Positions 28,308 through 41,035 of a stretch of DNA of 64,000 nt are shown one piece after another. The translations under genes and the position numbers were made by a program. Origin of the DNA: the human T2T-CHM13v2.0 reference genome, Homo sapiens; NCBI RefSeq assembly GCF_009914755.1, contig NC_060932.1; one strand, 5' to 3'. The notes under the pieces are model-generated. The model made no database searches and was not told the DNA's origin. It worked only from the letters and a program-made list of their open reading frames with translations. Each line of letters opens with the position of its first letter. Position 1 is the first letter of the stretch.

Positions 28308-28741
28308 TGTCAGGCTTCTGAGCCCAGGCTAAGCCATTGTATCACCTGTGACATGCACGTATATGCCCAGATGGCCTGAAGTAATTGAAGAATCCAAAAG
28401 AAGTGAAAATGGCCTGTTCCTGCCTTAACTGATGACATTCCACCACAAAAGAAGTGAAAAGGGCTGGTCCTTGCCTTAACCGATGACATTACCTTGTGAA
28501 ATTCCTTCTCCTGGCTCATCCTGGCTCAAAAAGCTCCCCTACTCCTGCCCTCCAGAAGAACAACCCCCCTTTGACTCTAATTTTCCTTTACCTACACAAA
28601 TCTTATAAAAACAGCCCCACCCCTATCTCCCCTTTGCTGACTCTCTTTTCCGACTCAGCCCGCCTGCACCAAGGTGATTAAAAAGCTTTATTGCTCACAC
28701 AAAGCCTGTTTGGTGGTCTCTTCACACGGACGTGAGTGAAA
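28308..28741 (+). mobile_element. HERV-H solo LTR (LTR7 family, LTR7B/Y-like)
   Basis: tgtcaggc(t)tctgagccca start and duplicated aaaagaagtgaaaa...ccttaa.tgatgacatt block. Ends cacacggacgtgagtgaaa; TSD cagtt/cagct. Confidence 0.92.
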
Positions 28742-29137
28742 CAGCTCTCATTATCCCTATTTGAATTGTCCTGGGTTTGGGAGCTTGCTACTTAGGGCTG
28801 CAGTCCCTTCCATGGTTTCATTCTAGATACAATGTATATAACACCATGAGGACAGTGATAGCCATAATCTTAGTGTGCAACACATTTATCATGATTGTTG
28901 GGAGACTCAACTTCTAATTTCTGGTTATCGTGAGCTATTTTTCAGGGCAAGCATTCCTAATAAAAACAACTAAAAATGTTAAGTAAGTTATTTTTTGACA
29001 TCCTTTTTTAACCCAGCATATAATGAAGCAAGCAGCATGTGTGACAACCATCTGAAAAACAGACAACAGACACAAACATGGGAATACTTTTAGATCTTGA
29101 AATTATTGGACATGGACTATAAGGTAACTATGCTTAC

Positions 29138-29656
29138 TGTGGTGGGTTGAATCATGGCCCCTGAAAGACATCCATATTCTAATCTCTGGAACCTGTGAAT
29201 ATGTTACTTTACACGGGAAAAGGGACTTTGTGGAAATGATGAAATTAATGATTTTGAGACTGGGGGGCTTATTCTGGAATATCCGAGTGGGTCCAATGTA
29301 ATAACAGGGGTTCTTATAAAAGGGAGGCAAGTGGATCAGTGTCAGAGAGAAAGAAATGAAAGAATGTAAAAAAAAAGGTCAGAGAGGAGATAAGATGTAA
29401 CACTGCTGACTTTGAAAATGGAGGAAGGGGTCACAAGCCTAGGCATGTAGGTGGCCTCAGGAATCTGCAAAAGCAAAGGGAATGGAGTCCCCCACTAGAC
29501 TCTCCAGAGGAAAGCAAGCCTTCAAATATCTTGATTTTAGCCCAGTGAAACTGATTTCAAAATCCATACTTCAAGGACTGTAAGATAATAAATTCATGTT
29601 GTTTTAAGCCACCGAGTTTGTGGTAACTAGTTAGGACAGTAATAAGAAACTAATAA
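29138..29656 (+). mobile_element. MLT1 (MLT1D-like) MaLR solo LTR
   Basis: tgtggtgggttgaat...ggaacctgtgaatatgttac...gttgttttaagccac...agaaactaata. Confidence 0.8.
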
Positions 29657-29699
29657 ATTTACTATGTTTTAAAAAGTAAAGATAAGTTTAAGGATATCT

Positions 29700-30560
29700 C
29701 TGAAAAGATAAAACTATAGTTAGATTTCAAAAATTACTAAATAGTACTTCCAGAAGTTAAAAAATACAATAGTCAAAACGTAAAACTTAATGGATGAGTG
29801 GATGGGTTTAGTAGCCAATTCAACACAACTGAAGAGAGAATTGATGGCCTGAAAGTTAAATCGGAAGAAATTCAGGATGCAGAATAGGAAGACAAAAAGA
29901 TATACAGTAAATAAGTTAGAGAGGCTAAAGTGTGAAAGTCTAACTTAAATTTAGTCAGATTCCAGAGGGAAAATAGTGGATAGGAAATAATAATATCTCA
30001 AGAGTTATTGGTGTCTTTCTCACTTCCCAGCTGTATTACTGGCTGCTCTTGGTTAGGGGGCCATCTTGTACCTAAGGTAGGAAGATGGTGGCCACAAAGA
30101 AGATAACAAAGTCTCTGGAGTTGATCAACTCTGGTTATGAAAAATGGAAAGTACGTACTGGGGTACAAGCACACTCTGAAGATGATCAGACATGGCAAAG
30201 CAAAATTAGTCATCCCCACTAACAATTGGCCAGCTTTGAGGAAATCCAAAATAGAGAACTATGCAATGTTGGCCAAAACTAATGTCCATCACTATAGTGA
30301 AAATAGTATTGAATTGGGCACGGCATGAGAAAAATACTACAGATTATGCACAGTGGCTGTCATTGATCTAGATGATTCTGATATCATTAGAAGCATGCCA
30401 AAATAGGCTGGTGAGAAATAAACCATGCAAAATTTTTATTTAGTAAAACTTGCCAGAGCTTGTTTTAAAAACATTTTTAAAAAGAGGCATTGTCTGAAAT
30501 TTTCTGCTACTAATGAACAACATCAAGGAGCAGATTTAAGAATCCCAGTCAATCCTAGAT
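29700..30560 (+). mobile_element. Old L1M ORF1-region remnant hosting the RPL30 retrocopy
   Basis: acaactgaagagagaattgatggcctgaa and ctgaaattttc resemble L1 ORF1; continuous across the insert. Confidence 0.6.
30015..30481 (+). pseudogene. RPL30P: Processed pseudogene of ribosomal protein L30 (eL30)
   Basis: Intronless; ATG at 30085 (MVATKKITKSLE), then [26 protein letters not shown]...[22 protein letters not shown]. Frameshifting deletion near 30132, premature stops at 30326 and 30404, original stop at 30419-30421. Pyrimidine 5' end, decayed A tail and degenerate TSD aagag..attg. Confidence 0.95.
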
Positions 30561-30579
30561 ATTTTTGGATGGTTTTATA

Positions 30580-30820
30580 GAGGCAATAGAGCACAGTGGT
30601 CTAGATCAAAGTTTTTTAAAGTTTTTAAGATACTACTGAATTCTAGTTTTGCCACTCAGCTACATAATTTGGGGCAAGTAAATTGACCTCTCTGAGCCTC
30701 CATCTCCTTATATTAAAAATAAGGATAGCGTCTGATTTATTGGTTGGTTATAAAGAATAAATATATATAAGTGTGATTAGCACAGGAATAGGTCCAAAGT
30801 AATATGAAGTACGTAATTGA
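30580..30820 (+). mobile_element. MIR
   Basis: gggcaagtaaattgacctctctgagcctc core. Confidence 0.65.
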
Positions 30821-31839
30821 TAATATTTTTAGTAGTGTACAGAGTGTATTTTCTCATGATGAGTTGAAGTCTGTTTTCTGGTAACTTCTACTCATTTATC
30901 TTAATTCTGATTTCTGGAAAAATACAGAACAAGTCTGCTTTCTATTATATCTACACATTCACTCTTTAGCTTTTTGAAGCTTGGCAACTGCAGAAGATCA
31001 GGGAATAGGTAAGTGGCCAGGTAAACATCAAGGCTCCCTGACACTGGCCATGATAAGCCAATAGTTCATATGGTTGGAACCATTTTCTTGGCAATATGAA
31101 GCCTCTCAAAGGCTCTTGGGGGTCTTAGAATTCAAGAGTATCAGAGCAGCAGTGGGGTATTAGAATCCAGCATTCTTCACCTCATTCGGCAGGTGAAGAA
31201 TAGGAGGCCCAGGGAGTGGAGATGGCTTAGCCAGAATCAGCTGGTGGCCAAGCCATGGAGGAGCCTCTGAGATATTAAAATACTATGGATGCTTGGGGAT
31301 AAAAATTTGATTTCCTTCTCATTGGAACAAATAATTTGGGAAATGTCCTATCATAATTGAATTAAATCAAAAGGAATTCTCTTCCAATGGAAACAATGGA
31401 AGTGCTGTGTGATGGAAAGACTATGGGCTTTTAGAATCAGTTCTGCTTGACCCTGGGCAGATAACCTTTCCGAGGCTCAGTTTTAAATTTGGGTGGCAAT
31501 ATCTCCCTGACCAGGTTTGTCACAGGGATTAAATAAAACAACACATAAGGTCTAGAATAGAGTAAGTGGACAACAAATGACTAGTTTTTACTATGTTATT
31601 TCCCCATGAAACAAACTTATATTAAAAATGAATAAAAAAACCAAGTGACCTCAGAGCCCTAAGAAAGCAACCAAGGAGTTCAAGGTCTTTGCAAACTACT
31701 TAAGTCATTCTTTGATTTTTGAATTCCACCATTTATTTGCCAATTATGTTAATTTAAAGAATAGATTAACAATTATGATTTTGAGTATTACATTATTCTT
31801 TTTATTTTGTTGTTTTTTGCTTTAATTTTATTTTAAAAT

Positions 31840-32002
31840 ATATTTTTTTAATTTTTGTGGGTATATAATAGGTATTTATGGAGCACATGAGGTGTTTTCA
31901 TACAGGCAGGCAATGTGTAATAATTACATCCTGGAAAATGGGGTATCCATCCCCTCAAGCATTTATCCTTAGTGTTACAATCCAGTTATACTCTTTTAGT
32001 TC
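31840..32002 (-). mobile_element. L1MA-type 3' end fragment
   Basis: aaatggggtatccatcccctcaagcatttatcc matches the reverse L1MA 3' end. Confidence 0.75.
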
Positions 32003-32659
32003 ATTCCTCATTTTAGGTAGATGGTAAAATACTAGGAAATGCCTAAAAAAAGTTTGCAAATCATTGTATAGTGATAAAAATTTTATAGTCATAAAATTCA
32101 GGTATGCAAAAATTAAACTTTATTTTTGCATATCTGGATTAAACTTAACTCTTGAAGTCCTCATTTACATTTAATAATGGAAAATTTAATTTTGCTAATT
32201 CAGGATAAACTCAGATCACTTCCAATTTAAAATTCATGTAAATAATTTAGTCATTCTGATTTACCCCCTCTTATCCCCTGGTTAGTTCCAGAGAGCTGAA
32301 CACATGTGACCCAGGGGAGAGGGTGTCTGGTCCTGATCATTCTCTGTCCACATGGTCTCTGCTGAGATGTCTCTTGTCTCATCTGGACCTTGTGTATAGA
32401 AGGGCATCTACTGCCAATGCCCATGGTTCTACCAGGTTGTCAGGTGCCAGGCCCACGCGTTCTGTGTTATCCTCACTGACCACGCTGTCCCTCTCTGCCT
32501 GTCTATGCTCCTCTAGTGGCCCTCAAAGATTTTGGTGCTTCCCACATGATGCTGGCTTGTGCAGGATACTGGGAGGCTTCCATGGGCCCCCTTAGATGCT
32601 GTTTCTTCTCCTGATTTTCTCTTTTCTTTATATTTTAAACAGGTACGTGGGTGATCGTT

Positions 32660-33807
32660 ACACTTGCCACAGATTTCCTCACTCACCACTCACTCCTTTC
32701 TCCTTTTGGCATCCCTTCTTCACAATAGATGCTAGAAGGTAAAGATTACATTTCCCAGGCTTTTGTGCAGCTAAGGCTCCACATGTGACCTGTTTTACTG
32801 AGATTAATTACTTTTTCAGGATGCATAACAAATGGCCACAAATATAGTGGATTAAGACAATACTCATTTACTATCTCATGGATTCCGTAAGTCAGAAGGC
32901 TGGGAGGTCTTGAAGGGGTTCTCTGCTCAGGGTCCTACAAGGCCCAAATCAAGGTTTTAGAGCCAGGCTCTGCTCTTGTCTGGAGGGTCTACAGAATAAC
33001 CTGCTTCTATGTTCATTCAGATCATCATTGTTGGCAGGATCCACTTCCTCAAGATGATAGGACTGAGGTCCCTGCTTTCTTGTTGGCTTGATCTGTTAGG
33101 CAAGGCTACTCTACTCCTGGAGGCTGCCTGCAATCCTCCTCATGTCACCTCTTCCATCTCCAAAGCAGCAATAGAGTGTTGAATCCTTCTCTTGCTTGAA
33201 ATCTCTGACTTGCCCTCATGTTACCAGCCAGCGAAAACTCTCTGCCTTTAATGGGCTCGTGTGATTTGTTTGAAACTGCTCAGATCATCTTCCTTTTGAA
33301 TAACTCAAAGTCAACTGATGAGTAACCTTAATAACATCTGAAAAATCCCCTCTGTCATGTAATAGAATCATGGGTTTGATATTTTATCATACTCACACTC
33401 CTAGGATTAGAGTGAGAAATCTTACACTGTCATCTTAGGCTCCTGTCCACCACACAGGCCATCGTACCTCTGCAAGACTTGAAACAAAGAAGGAGCAATG
33501 TGAGATGGTGGCTGAGCATGTGAGGAAATGGGACCCTCTGGTAAAAGCAAGGTGGCAGGAACATTGAATTCTTCTGGGGCTGGCTGTGGGAGCAGCAGTT
33601 CCTGATCAAGGTAGAAGCAGCATGTCCCTGCGGGGGCCCTATTAGGTCCATTTTTTTAGTGTGGGTCAGAGGATTTTTCTCAGGAGCTAATGCTATTATC
33701 CATTTCTCTGGAGCTCCCAGTGATTCTGTCAGCTATTGCTAGAACTTTTTGTTTAAACTAGCCAGAGTAGACTCTGTTATCTGCAGCTAAGAACTCTAAC
33801 AAATACA
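32660..33807 (+). mobile_element. ERVL LTR (LTR33-like) interrupted by MLT1
   Basis: ttacatttcccagg...gcagctaagg...catgtgacc on the left; aaactagccagagtagactctgttatctgcagctaagaactctaacaaataca terminus on the right. Confidence 0.55.
32805..33453 (-). mobile_element. MLT1 (MLT1E-like) LTR
   Basis: gcataacaaatggccacaaa...ctcaaagtcaactgat...ccaccaca, reverse MLT1. Confidence 0.7.
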
Positions 33808-34732
33808 GTGGTATAATCCCTAATTCTTCCATACCTGCAATATTTTTTTTTGTTCATCCCAGCTGGGTATAGGATCCTTGGAATTGTGTTATTATTTTTC
33901 CCCATTAGTCTATATATTCTACTTCATTGTCTAGCTTCTAGAGTTTAAGATGAGAATCTGAAATAAGTCTAATTCTTTTTCTTTGTAATAACATTCTTTC
34001 TGATTGGAAGCTTGGAAGACTTTATTTTTAATTGTGTGTGTCATGTTAGGATGGTGATCAATGTCTGGAAAATCCCAGTGAATACCATGATGGGATACGA
34101 AGTTTCCTAAGTGGAAAAAGACATGAACACTTTTCTGCAGAGCTGGCCACATAAGGAGGAAATGAGGCAGTCACCTCACAGCAGGATGTGTAGCATCCCA
34201 GAGCCCCCAGAATCCTCACAGACGTGCCCAGTGCTGAAGGCCCTGCCCTCATGGAGGGGCAATCCACCGGGCACAAGAAGCCCACTTTTGCCTTTCTTAG
34301 GTTTTTTAAATGCCCTTCTGGTTCTTCCAAACCATTCTTGAGATCTGATTATGTACTCCAAAGACAACCAACAGGTACCAACAATACCAGCACATTCTTG
34401 AGTATTCAGTGTGTGGTTGTTTTAATAAAAAACAAAAAATCCAGTCTCCAGGCATTCCTGGGTTTAAACCATTTTTTGGAATGATTCTTGCTCTTTGGAA
34501 TATGAGGATTTTATGAGAATATGCTCAGATGTGTGTCTCATTTCTTCTATCTTTCTTGATTTAAGGGATTCTTTTAATCTTCAAATGAGATCTTTGTTTC
34601 TATTATTTGATCATTACTCTTCTTCATCACTTGTTTTTTTACCACCTGAAATTTGTATTTTTCCCTGTTAAGTCTCCAGACTCTCCCCTTTGAGCATCTT
34701 TCTTTTCCATTATGATTTTCAACTCTTTGTAA

Positions 34733-35050
<318 letters not shown>

Positions 35051-37020
35051 TTTGCTTTGTATTTAGAGAAGACTTTACATCTGCCTGGTCATGATGTAGG
35101 GTGCAGAGGATATTCTCCTTGGAGTTTGATGATTGCACTCCTAAATCTGAAAATTCTTTTACTTTAATTTCCAAAATCATCTTGTGATTTAATTGAATTC
35201 CCACAGTGCTTTTTTGTTAAGGTGTTATTTGACTCTTCCAAGAATTCCCTTTCAATGGGAGTTGTTTTAAATTGGCCTGTCGCTCATTTACTTGCTGAAC
35301 GTTCCTGACTCCACGTGCCTCCACCTTTGAATTTCCTGAGTTTCATCACTTCCTTTTATCAAGTTCCCTTCTGAGCTCTATTTTTGTTTATGTGTTTCAC
35401 ATTCTTTGCCTTAACTCTTAGCAAGGCAAGTCATTTGCTTTTGTAAGTGGAGTCGAAGGGAGAGGTAAACCCTAGCAATATTCTACCAGCAATTCAGTAT
35501 CATGTAAGCAAGATACACTTTCATGTGCGTCTCAAACCTCCACCGTTCAATTGAAGCACACAAATAAGTCTCTCTCAAGGTGTGAGTCTTTATGAGGACT
35601 GGCTATTTTATATTCATTATGTCCTGATTAATAGTGACTGAATTATCTGGGACACTTATACACAATCCTAGCCTATTAAGGGATACATCCTCCCAAAATG
35701 GGTGCTTATTTAAGTTTTCAATATCTCAGTTTATAGATGCAACTTCAGTGTTTAGGGCCCAATAGCTTTTGAATTACTCTCAGATGTTTGAGGCTCCATG
35801 CGTGGGGGACACCATTCTACAGAATCATTTTCTGAAATACGGTGGTAGAAATGAAATGGTGCTGCTTTTATGAATTAACTGGGGTCACAATGCCAATAGT
35901 ATGAGTTCCATACAATGAGGGCTGGGAGGAGTAATTTGGCTTTTTTTACCCACAGAAAAAAAATATAGGCCTTTTAATGCTGTAAGAACCATTTTGTTCA
36001 ATTCCTAGGAAATTACATTGGCATACAGCCAAAAACTGTAATAATTTTTGGTATCAACCATGATAATTTGTAATACGTCAAGGTGGAAAATTGGACTCAC
36101 AACTCTTGGCAAGCCTCCAGTCTGAGAGAGAACTTCCGAAAGCAGTGCTGGAATGAGGTGACTGTGTTACTATGCTTCATGTCAGACCCATCCAGATGTT
36201 TTCTGAACTTGCTGGTCACATGAACTGACTTATTCTGTAAATTTCATTTTATAGTGCCATCAGGGTTAATACAGTGAGGGTCGGTGGAGCCAGCTGGCTT
36301 ATTCAATAAATATCTGCCTTTCTGAAAGGAAAAGAATGAAGAAGCCCATTCCTTGTGTGCTTGTGAATTTCTAATAGACTGACTATAGAAATCATCTCTA
36401 GCATGTGGCCTAAAGAGCCAGAACAAAGGGGAACTTCTGCAAAAATCCCTGACCTCAGACCTAATCATCTGAAAGTCTTTTTCCAACTGTGGTCTAAACC
36501 ACCAGACATGTTATCACAAAGGAACAGCAATGTGACTAATGGACAGGTACAGTTAGAAGAAGTTACAAACTTAATTTAATGGCAAAAGGTAAAAAATTAC
36601 ATAGCAGTTAGATATAAGGCAGAAGGCCACACAGCTATAAATGGGGTTTCCCAGAACCCCAAGGGCTGGCCAGCTGATAGTATCACTGCCCAGGCTGAGG
36701 ACTCCTGGGGAAAAGTAGCTTGTCTCTGCCATTCTTGTGAGGAAGCCACGATTTAAACTCTCATACCCCACCTGCACCTGACTTTGGAGACTCTGTTTAG
36801 GTGTCCACCTCCTCACTACATGAAAGACATGAAAGGACTTGGTACAAAACACTCCCAGCACTTACAGAATGTTTATATGACTGGATTAATCAAAAGTCAA
36901 CTGCACATTTTATATCACTAAGCAAATCTAGACTTTAGCCTCAGGTTCATTTCTGCATTTCAGTAGAAATCATTTCTCTATTGTCAAATGACAAAATTAG
37001 AACAAATTTAGCTTTAAAAT

Positions 37021-37478
37021 CTTTTTTTCTTTCTTTCTCCTTCCTTCCCTCCCTCCCTCCCTCTCTCCCTCCCTCCCTTCCTTCCTTGCTTCCTTCCTTT
37101 CTTCCTCCCTTCCTTTCTCCCTCATTTCCTCCCTCCCTCCTTCTCTTTTTTTCTTTTCTTTTTCCTCTTTCTTCCTTCCTTCTTTCATTTCTTTCTCTTT
37201 CTTTCTTTATCTTTCTTTCTTTCTCTCTTTCTGTCTCTTCTTTCTTTCTTTGTTTCTCTGTTTCTCTTTCTTTCCTTTCTTTGTTTCTTTGTTTCTTCTT
37301 TCTTTCTCTTCCTCTTTTTCTTTCCTTCCTTCCTTCTCTTTCTTTCTTTCCTCTTTGCTTTCTTTTTCCCTTCCCTTCCCTGTCTTTCCTTTTCCATTTC
37401 CTTCCCTTTCTCTTTTTCTCTCCCTTTCTCTTTCTTTTCTTTCTTTCTTCTTCTTCTTCTTCTTTTTTTTTTTTTTTG
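37021..37478. repeat. Complex polypyrimidine tract (CCTT/CCCT/CTTT/CTT), expanded Alu tail
   Basis: About 460 bp almost entirely C/T, contiguous with the poly-T of the AluJ. Confidence 0.95.
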
Positions 37479-37765
37479 AAACAGAGTGTCTCTCTATTGT
37501 CAAGACTGGAATGCAGTGGCACAATCACAGCTCACTGAAGCCTTGATTTCCTGGGCTCAAGGAATCCTCCCACTTCAGCTTCCCAAGTAGCTGGGACTAC
37601 AGGAGCATGACACCATACATGGGTAATTTTTGTATTTTTTGTAGAGATGGGGCCTCACCATGTTGCACAGACTGGTCTCAGACTCCTGGGCTCAAGTGAT
37701 CCATCTCCATCCACCTCAGCTTCCCAAAGTGCTAAGTTTACAGGCATAAGCCACCATTCCCATCT
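37463..37765 (-). mobile_element. AluJ
   Basis: Reverse Alu, J-type. Confidence 0.9.
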
Positions 37766-38150
37766 AGTTTATACATCTTGATTGGCTTTTATTTGCAATT
37801 CTATGACTGGGCAATATCTCATTCTATAAGATAGAGTGTTCCAATGAGCCAAGCAGTGAAGGCTGCTTTATAGAGAGAAAAGGGCTGAAGAAAGCAGAAA
37901 CAGAACACAAAAAGGAGATTGGTCATTGCAAAGTTATTTTCCTTGTGAAGGTTAAAGCAGAAGGGGACTTCCTTATCATGCTGACTAAAACTGGCCTGTT
38001 TGGGGGACTTTGCTGTTAACTTTCTCCTGATTTTTCAGAAGGACAGATAAACAGCTTAGTTTCAGTTGAAAACTTCAGCATGAATGACTCCATTTTGGTT
38101 TCGTCTGTTGTGTCTAGTGCAGGAGCTCAATTCAAACCAAGAGCCTCCTT

Positions 38151-38845
38151 TGAAACCACCTTTGCCAAATTATAACTAAGACAGTGAAATAGATCTCACC
38201 TAACCAACTCCATTTTGCTTCTATCCTCTGAGCTATCCTTGTTCATTTCTGGGCAAAGTTAGTTCTGAACTAACTTTGGGAAGAACTTAGTTTATAGTTT
38301 ATAGTTTAAAACAAAGATGATAACAACCCTTTCCAAAACAAAACCCCTTCTTGCCTGGGCACTAGACTGCCTTTGTAGGACTAACAAATTAGCTGAAAGA
38401 TTAGAAATTATGGTTTAGAGGTCATACAGCTAGAGACTACAAGATTCTGACCCTCCCCAAATTGTTCCTGGGGATAACATCACTATTGTAAAACCTAAGA
38501 TCAGTGCTTGAGATATATTGCAGACCCTGTATTTGTTAGCTCAGCTGACACCACTCAGATCGATAAACTGTCTCATCTGATCTTGTGGCCCCCACCCAGG
38601 AACTGATTCAGTGCAAGAGGACAGCTTTGACTCCCGATGATTTTGTTTCTGATCTCATTCACCAAATTAACCTTAAAAACTCTGATGCCAGAATGCTTCG
38701 GGAGATTGATTTTAGTAGTAATACAACATGAATCTCCCACACAGCTGGCTCTGCATGAATAACTCTTTCTCTATTGCAATCCCCCTGTCTGGATAAAATG
38801 GTTCTGTCTAGGCAGCAGTCAAGGTGAACCTGTTGGGCAGTTACA
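38151..38845 (+). mobile_element. LTR8-family solo LTR
   Basis: tgaaaccacctttgc start and gtgaacctgttgggcagttaca end, ~695 bp. Confidence 0.85.
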
Positions 38846-38940
38846 CTATAAATTTTATTAAACACTATGAAATCCCCTTGGGGCAGCATAGCAATTGCAG
38901 CCTAAATGATTCAGATCATTCCAAATTGAGGGATGGGAAC

Positions 38941-39568
38941 TGAAGGGGCAGAAAGTGGGCAATCCCTTTCCTCCCCATCATAAGGGTCATGCCCAACACC
39001 CCTATAACAAGAATGAGTTAACAAGAGAGAAGCACAAGTTTATTTGATTATAGTTTTATGTGACATGGGAGCCTTCAGGATGAGTGGCCAAAAGATACAG
39101 GGGAACTGATCTATTTTTATGTTTAAGTTCAATAAAGTATAGAGAGGCCTGTGGAAAGGTGATTGGACAAAAAGCCTAGGGTCTAATGCTAATAGGCTGA
39201 GGGGGGAAACCCAGAAAGGCCTGTCTGTTCAGATTCTTCTTGGCCTTTCTGTGAAGCATTCCTTCCTCTCTGGTATGGGGCAGGACCTTTCTGGAATAAG
39301 GGTCTTAATTTCTTTATGGCCAGCTATCACACAGAAGGGCAAGGAGGTGGGGATTAGAGTAATATTTTTGGGCTTTATGGCTGGCTTTGGGGGAATGGCG
39401 TTCTGCTTTTTATTACCAAGCTTTGGGAAGAGGGATTCCATTTTCTATGGCTTGCCTCAGGGGAGAATGAGAGATGAGGGAAGGGAGGGCAGGAGAAGGT
39501 CAGAGACTTTGCTTTTGAGGCTGCTTCTTAGGCCTCTACTTAGGGTATCATTTTCTGGGCACCAACAA
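38941..39568 (-). mobile_element. MER39-like solo LTR
   Basis: Reverse complement starts tgttggtgcccagaaaatgataccc...gcaaagtctctgaccttctcctgccctcc. Confidence 0.75.
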
Positions 39569-39819
39569 GACCAATGTTTTTGCTTTTTCCCTTTAACATC
39601 CAGTGAAAGGGAGCTGGAGTATTTGAGCCTCTAGTTTCCATCTTTGAGACACATACCCATTTCCTTTTCCTTGGGAAGGCCACAGTTCATTCTCTTTTGA
39701 TAAAAGCACAGGACAGAGATAGTCATCAAGATGTCAAATAGCTACAATTGCTATGCCTGCCAAGCAGTAGATAAAGCTGAGTAATAAGATGAAACTCATA
39801 GATAGCCAACCCTTAAGAG

Positions 39820-40408
39820 TGTAAGCCAAAAATAAGATTCTACAGCTCCCCAGCCATGTGAATGGATCCCTCCTTTCAACCAAAGATATTTCAGAGTTAA
39901 CTTGAAAACCTAGTTCAGACAATGATGAAAGAGGAGGTTGGACATGCCTCATTATACTCCTTCAGCATTAAGATCAACACAGACCTTAAGTTTGATAAGA
40001 AACATTTATCATTTATTCTCTCTGAAGACTGCTCCCAGGAGGCTTCATCTGCATTATAAACCCTCAGTCTCCACAACCCCTTATCTTAACCCAGACATTC
40101 TTTTCTACTGATAATAACTCTTTTAACCAATTGCCAATCAGAATATTTTAAAATCTACCCATGACCTAGAAGCCCCCCAACCCATTTTGAGTTGCCCTGC
40201 CCTTCCGGATCGAATCAATATAAATCTTACATGTACCAATTGATGTATTATGTCTCAGTAAAACGCATAAAAGCAAGCTGTACCTGGAACACCTTGGACA
40301 TATTTTGTCAGGACCTTCTGAGGCTGTGTCATGGGTGTGTCTTTAACCTTGGCAAAATAAAACTTTCTAAATTGATTGAGACTTGTCTCAGATAATTTTT
40401 GGTTCACA
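39820..40408 (+). mobile_element. MER4-family solo LTR (MER4B/D-like)
   Basis: tgtaagccaaaaataagattcta start; cttggcaaaataaaactttctaaattgattgagacttgtctcagat...ggttcaca end. Confidence 0.85.
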
Positions 40409-40879
40409 AGGCAGAGGAGATATTACTAAATAACTTTTGAAGCTGTGACTACCAGCTCAGGTTTCAGGCAGCTGGGGCTGAACTCAGTCTGGATAGACAA
40501 CTACTGGTCAACAGGCCAGCCGAGAAATGGCTCCTGTAGAAATGGAGCTTTCACTTACGGGAGAAGGATGAGCCAATAACCGACTTCAAAGGATAAGGGC
40601 ATAATGACTGAACCAGGACAGTAACATACCAACCCCTATAATCAGGGGTGCGAGTCTCTTACCACAGGAGGGTAGGAGAGGTGTTGTAGGCAAAGAATAG
40701 CCACCACGGGTGGGTGGGATTTTAAGCCTATTTTTTCTGCCTGCAAAGATGGCAGGTGTCCATTTCACTATTAATCCACTAGAACAACATATCATCTAGC
40801 ATAGAGTGGCCTCATTATCTGAGCGATCATTATTCAAGTTGTGCCAGTTTTTGTTTAAATTAATTAATTTTTCAAATGC

Positions 40880-41035
40880 CAACTTTTATTTTAGATACAG
40901 GACGAACATGTGCAGATTTGTTACATGGCTATGTTGCACCCAGGTAGTGAGCACAGTACCCAATGTGTAGTTTTTAAGGCCACATCCCCTTCTCTTCCCC
41001 TTCTAGTAGTCTGCAGCATCTATTGTTTCCATGCA
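40880..41035 (-). mobile_element. L1P 3' end fragment (old L1PA/PB)
   Basis: catgtgcagatttgttacatgg...cccaggtagtgagcacagtacccaat. Confidence 0.75.

Larger units (their letters stand above)
36982..38864 (-). mobile_element. MER67-like LTR split by AluJ/pyrimidine tract and by LTR8
   Basis: Three pieces: tgtcaaatgacaaaattag (36982-37020), 37770-38150 with gactccattttgg, and ctataaattttattaaaca (38846-38864). Confidence 0.6.

Noticed and set aside
28395-28495. Direct repeats resembling a repeat-spacer array
   Set aside because: Normal U3 repeats of LTR7; eukaryotic DNA with no CRISPR structure.
36947-37546. Long ORFs of 193 aa and 185 aa (K/E/R-rich and F/L/S-rich)
   Set aside because: Translation of a stop-poor pyrimidine tract plus Alu; not genes.
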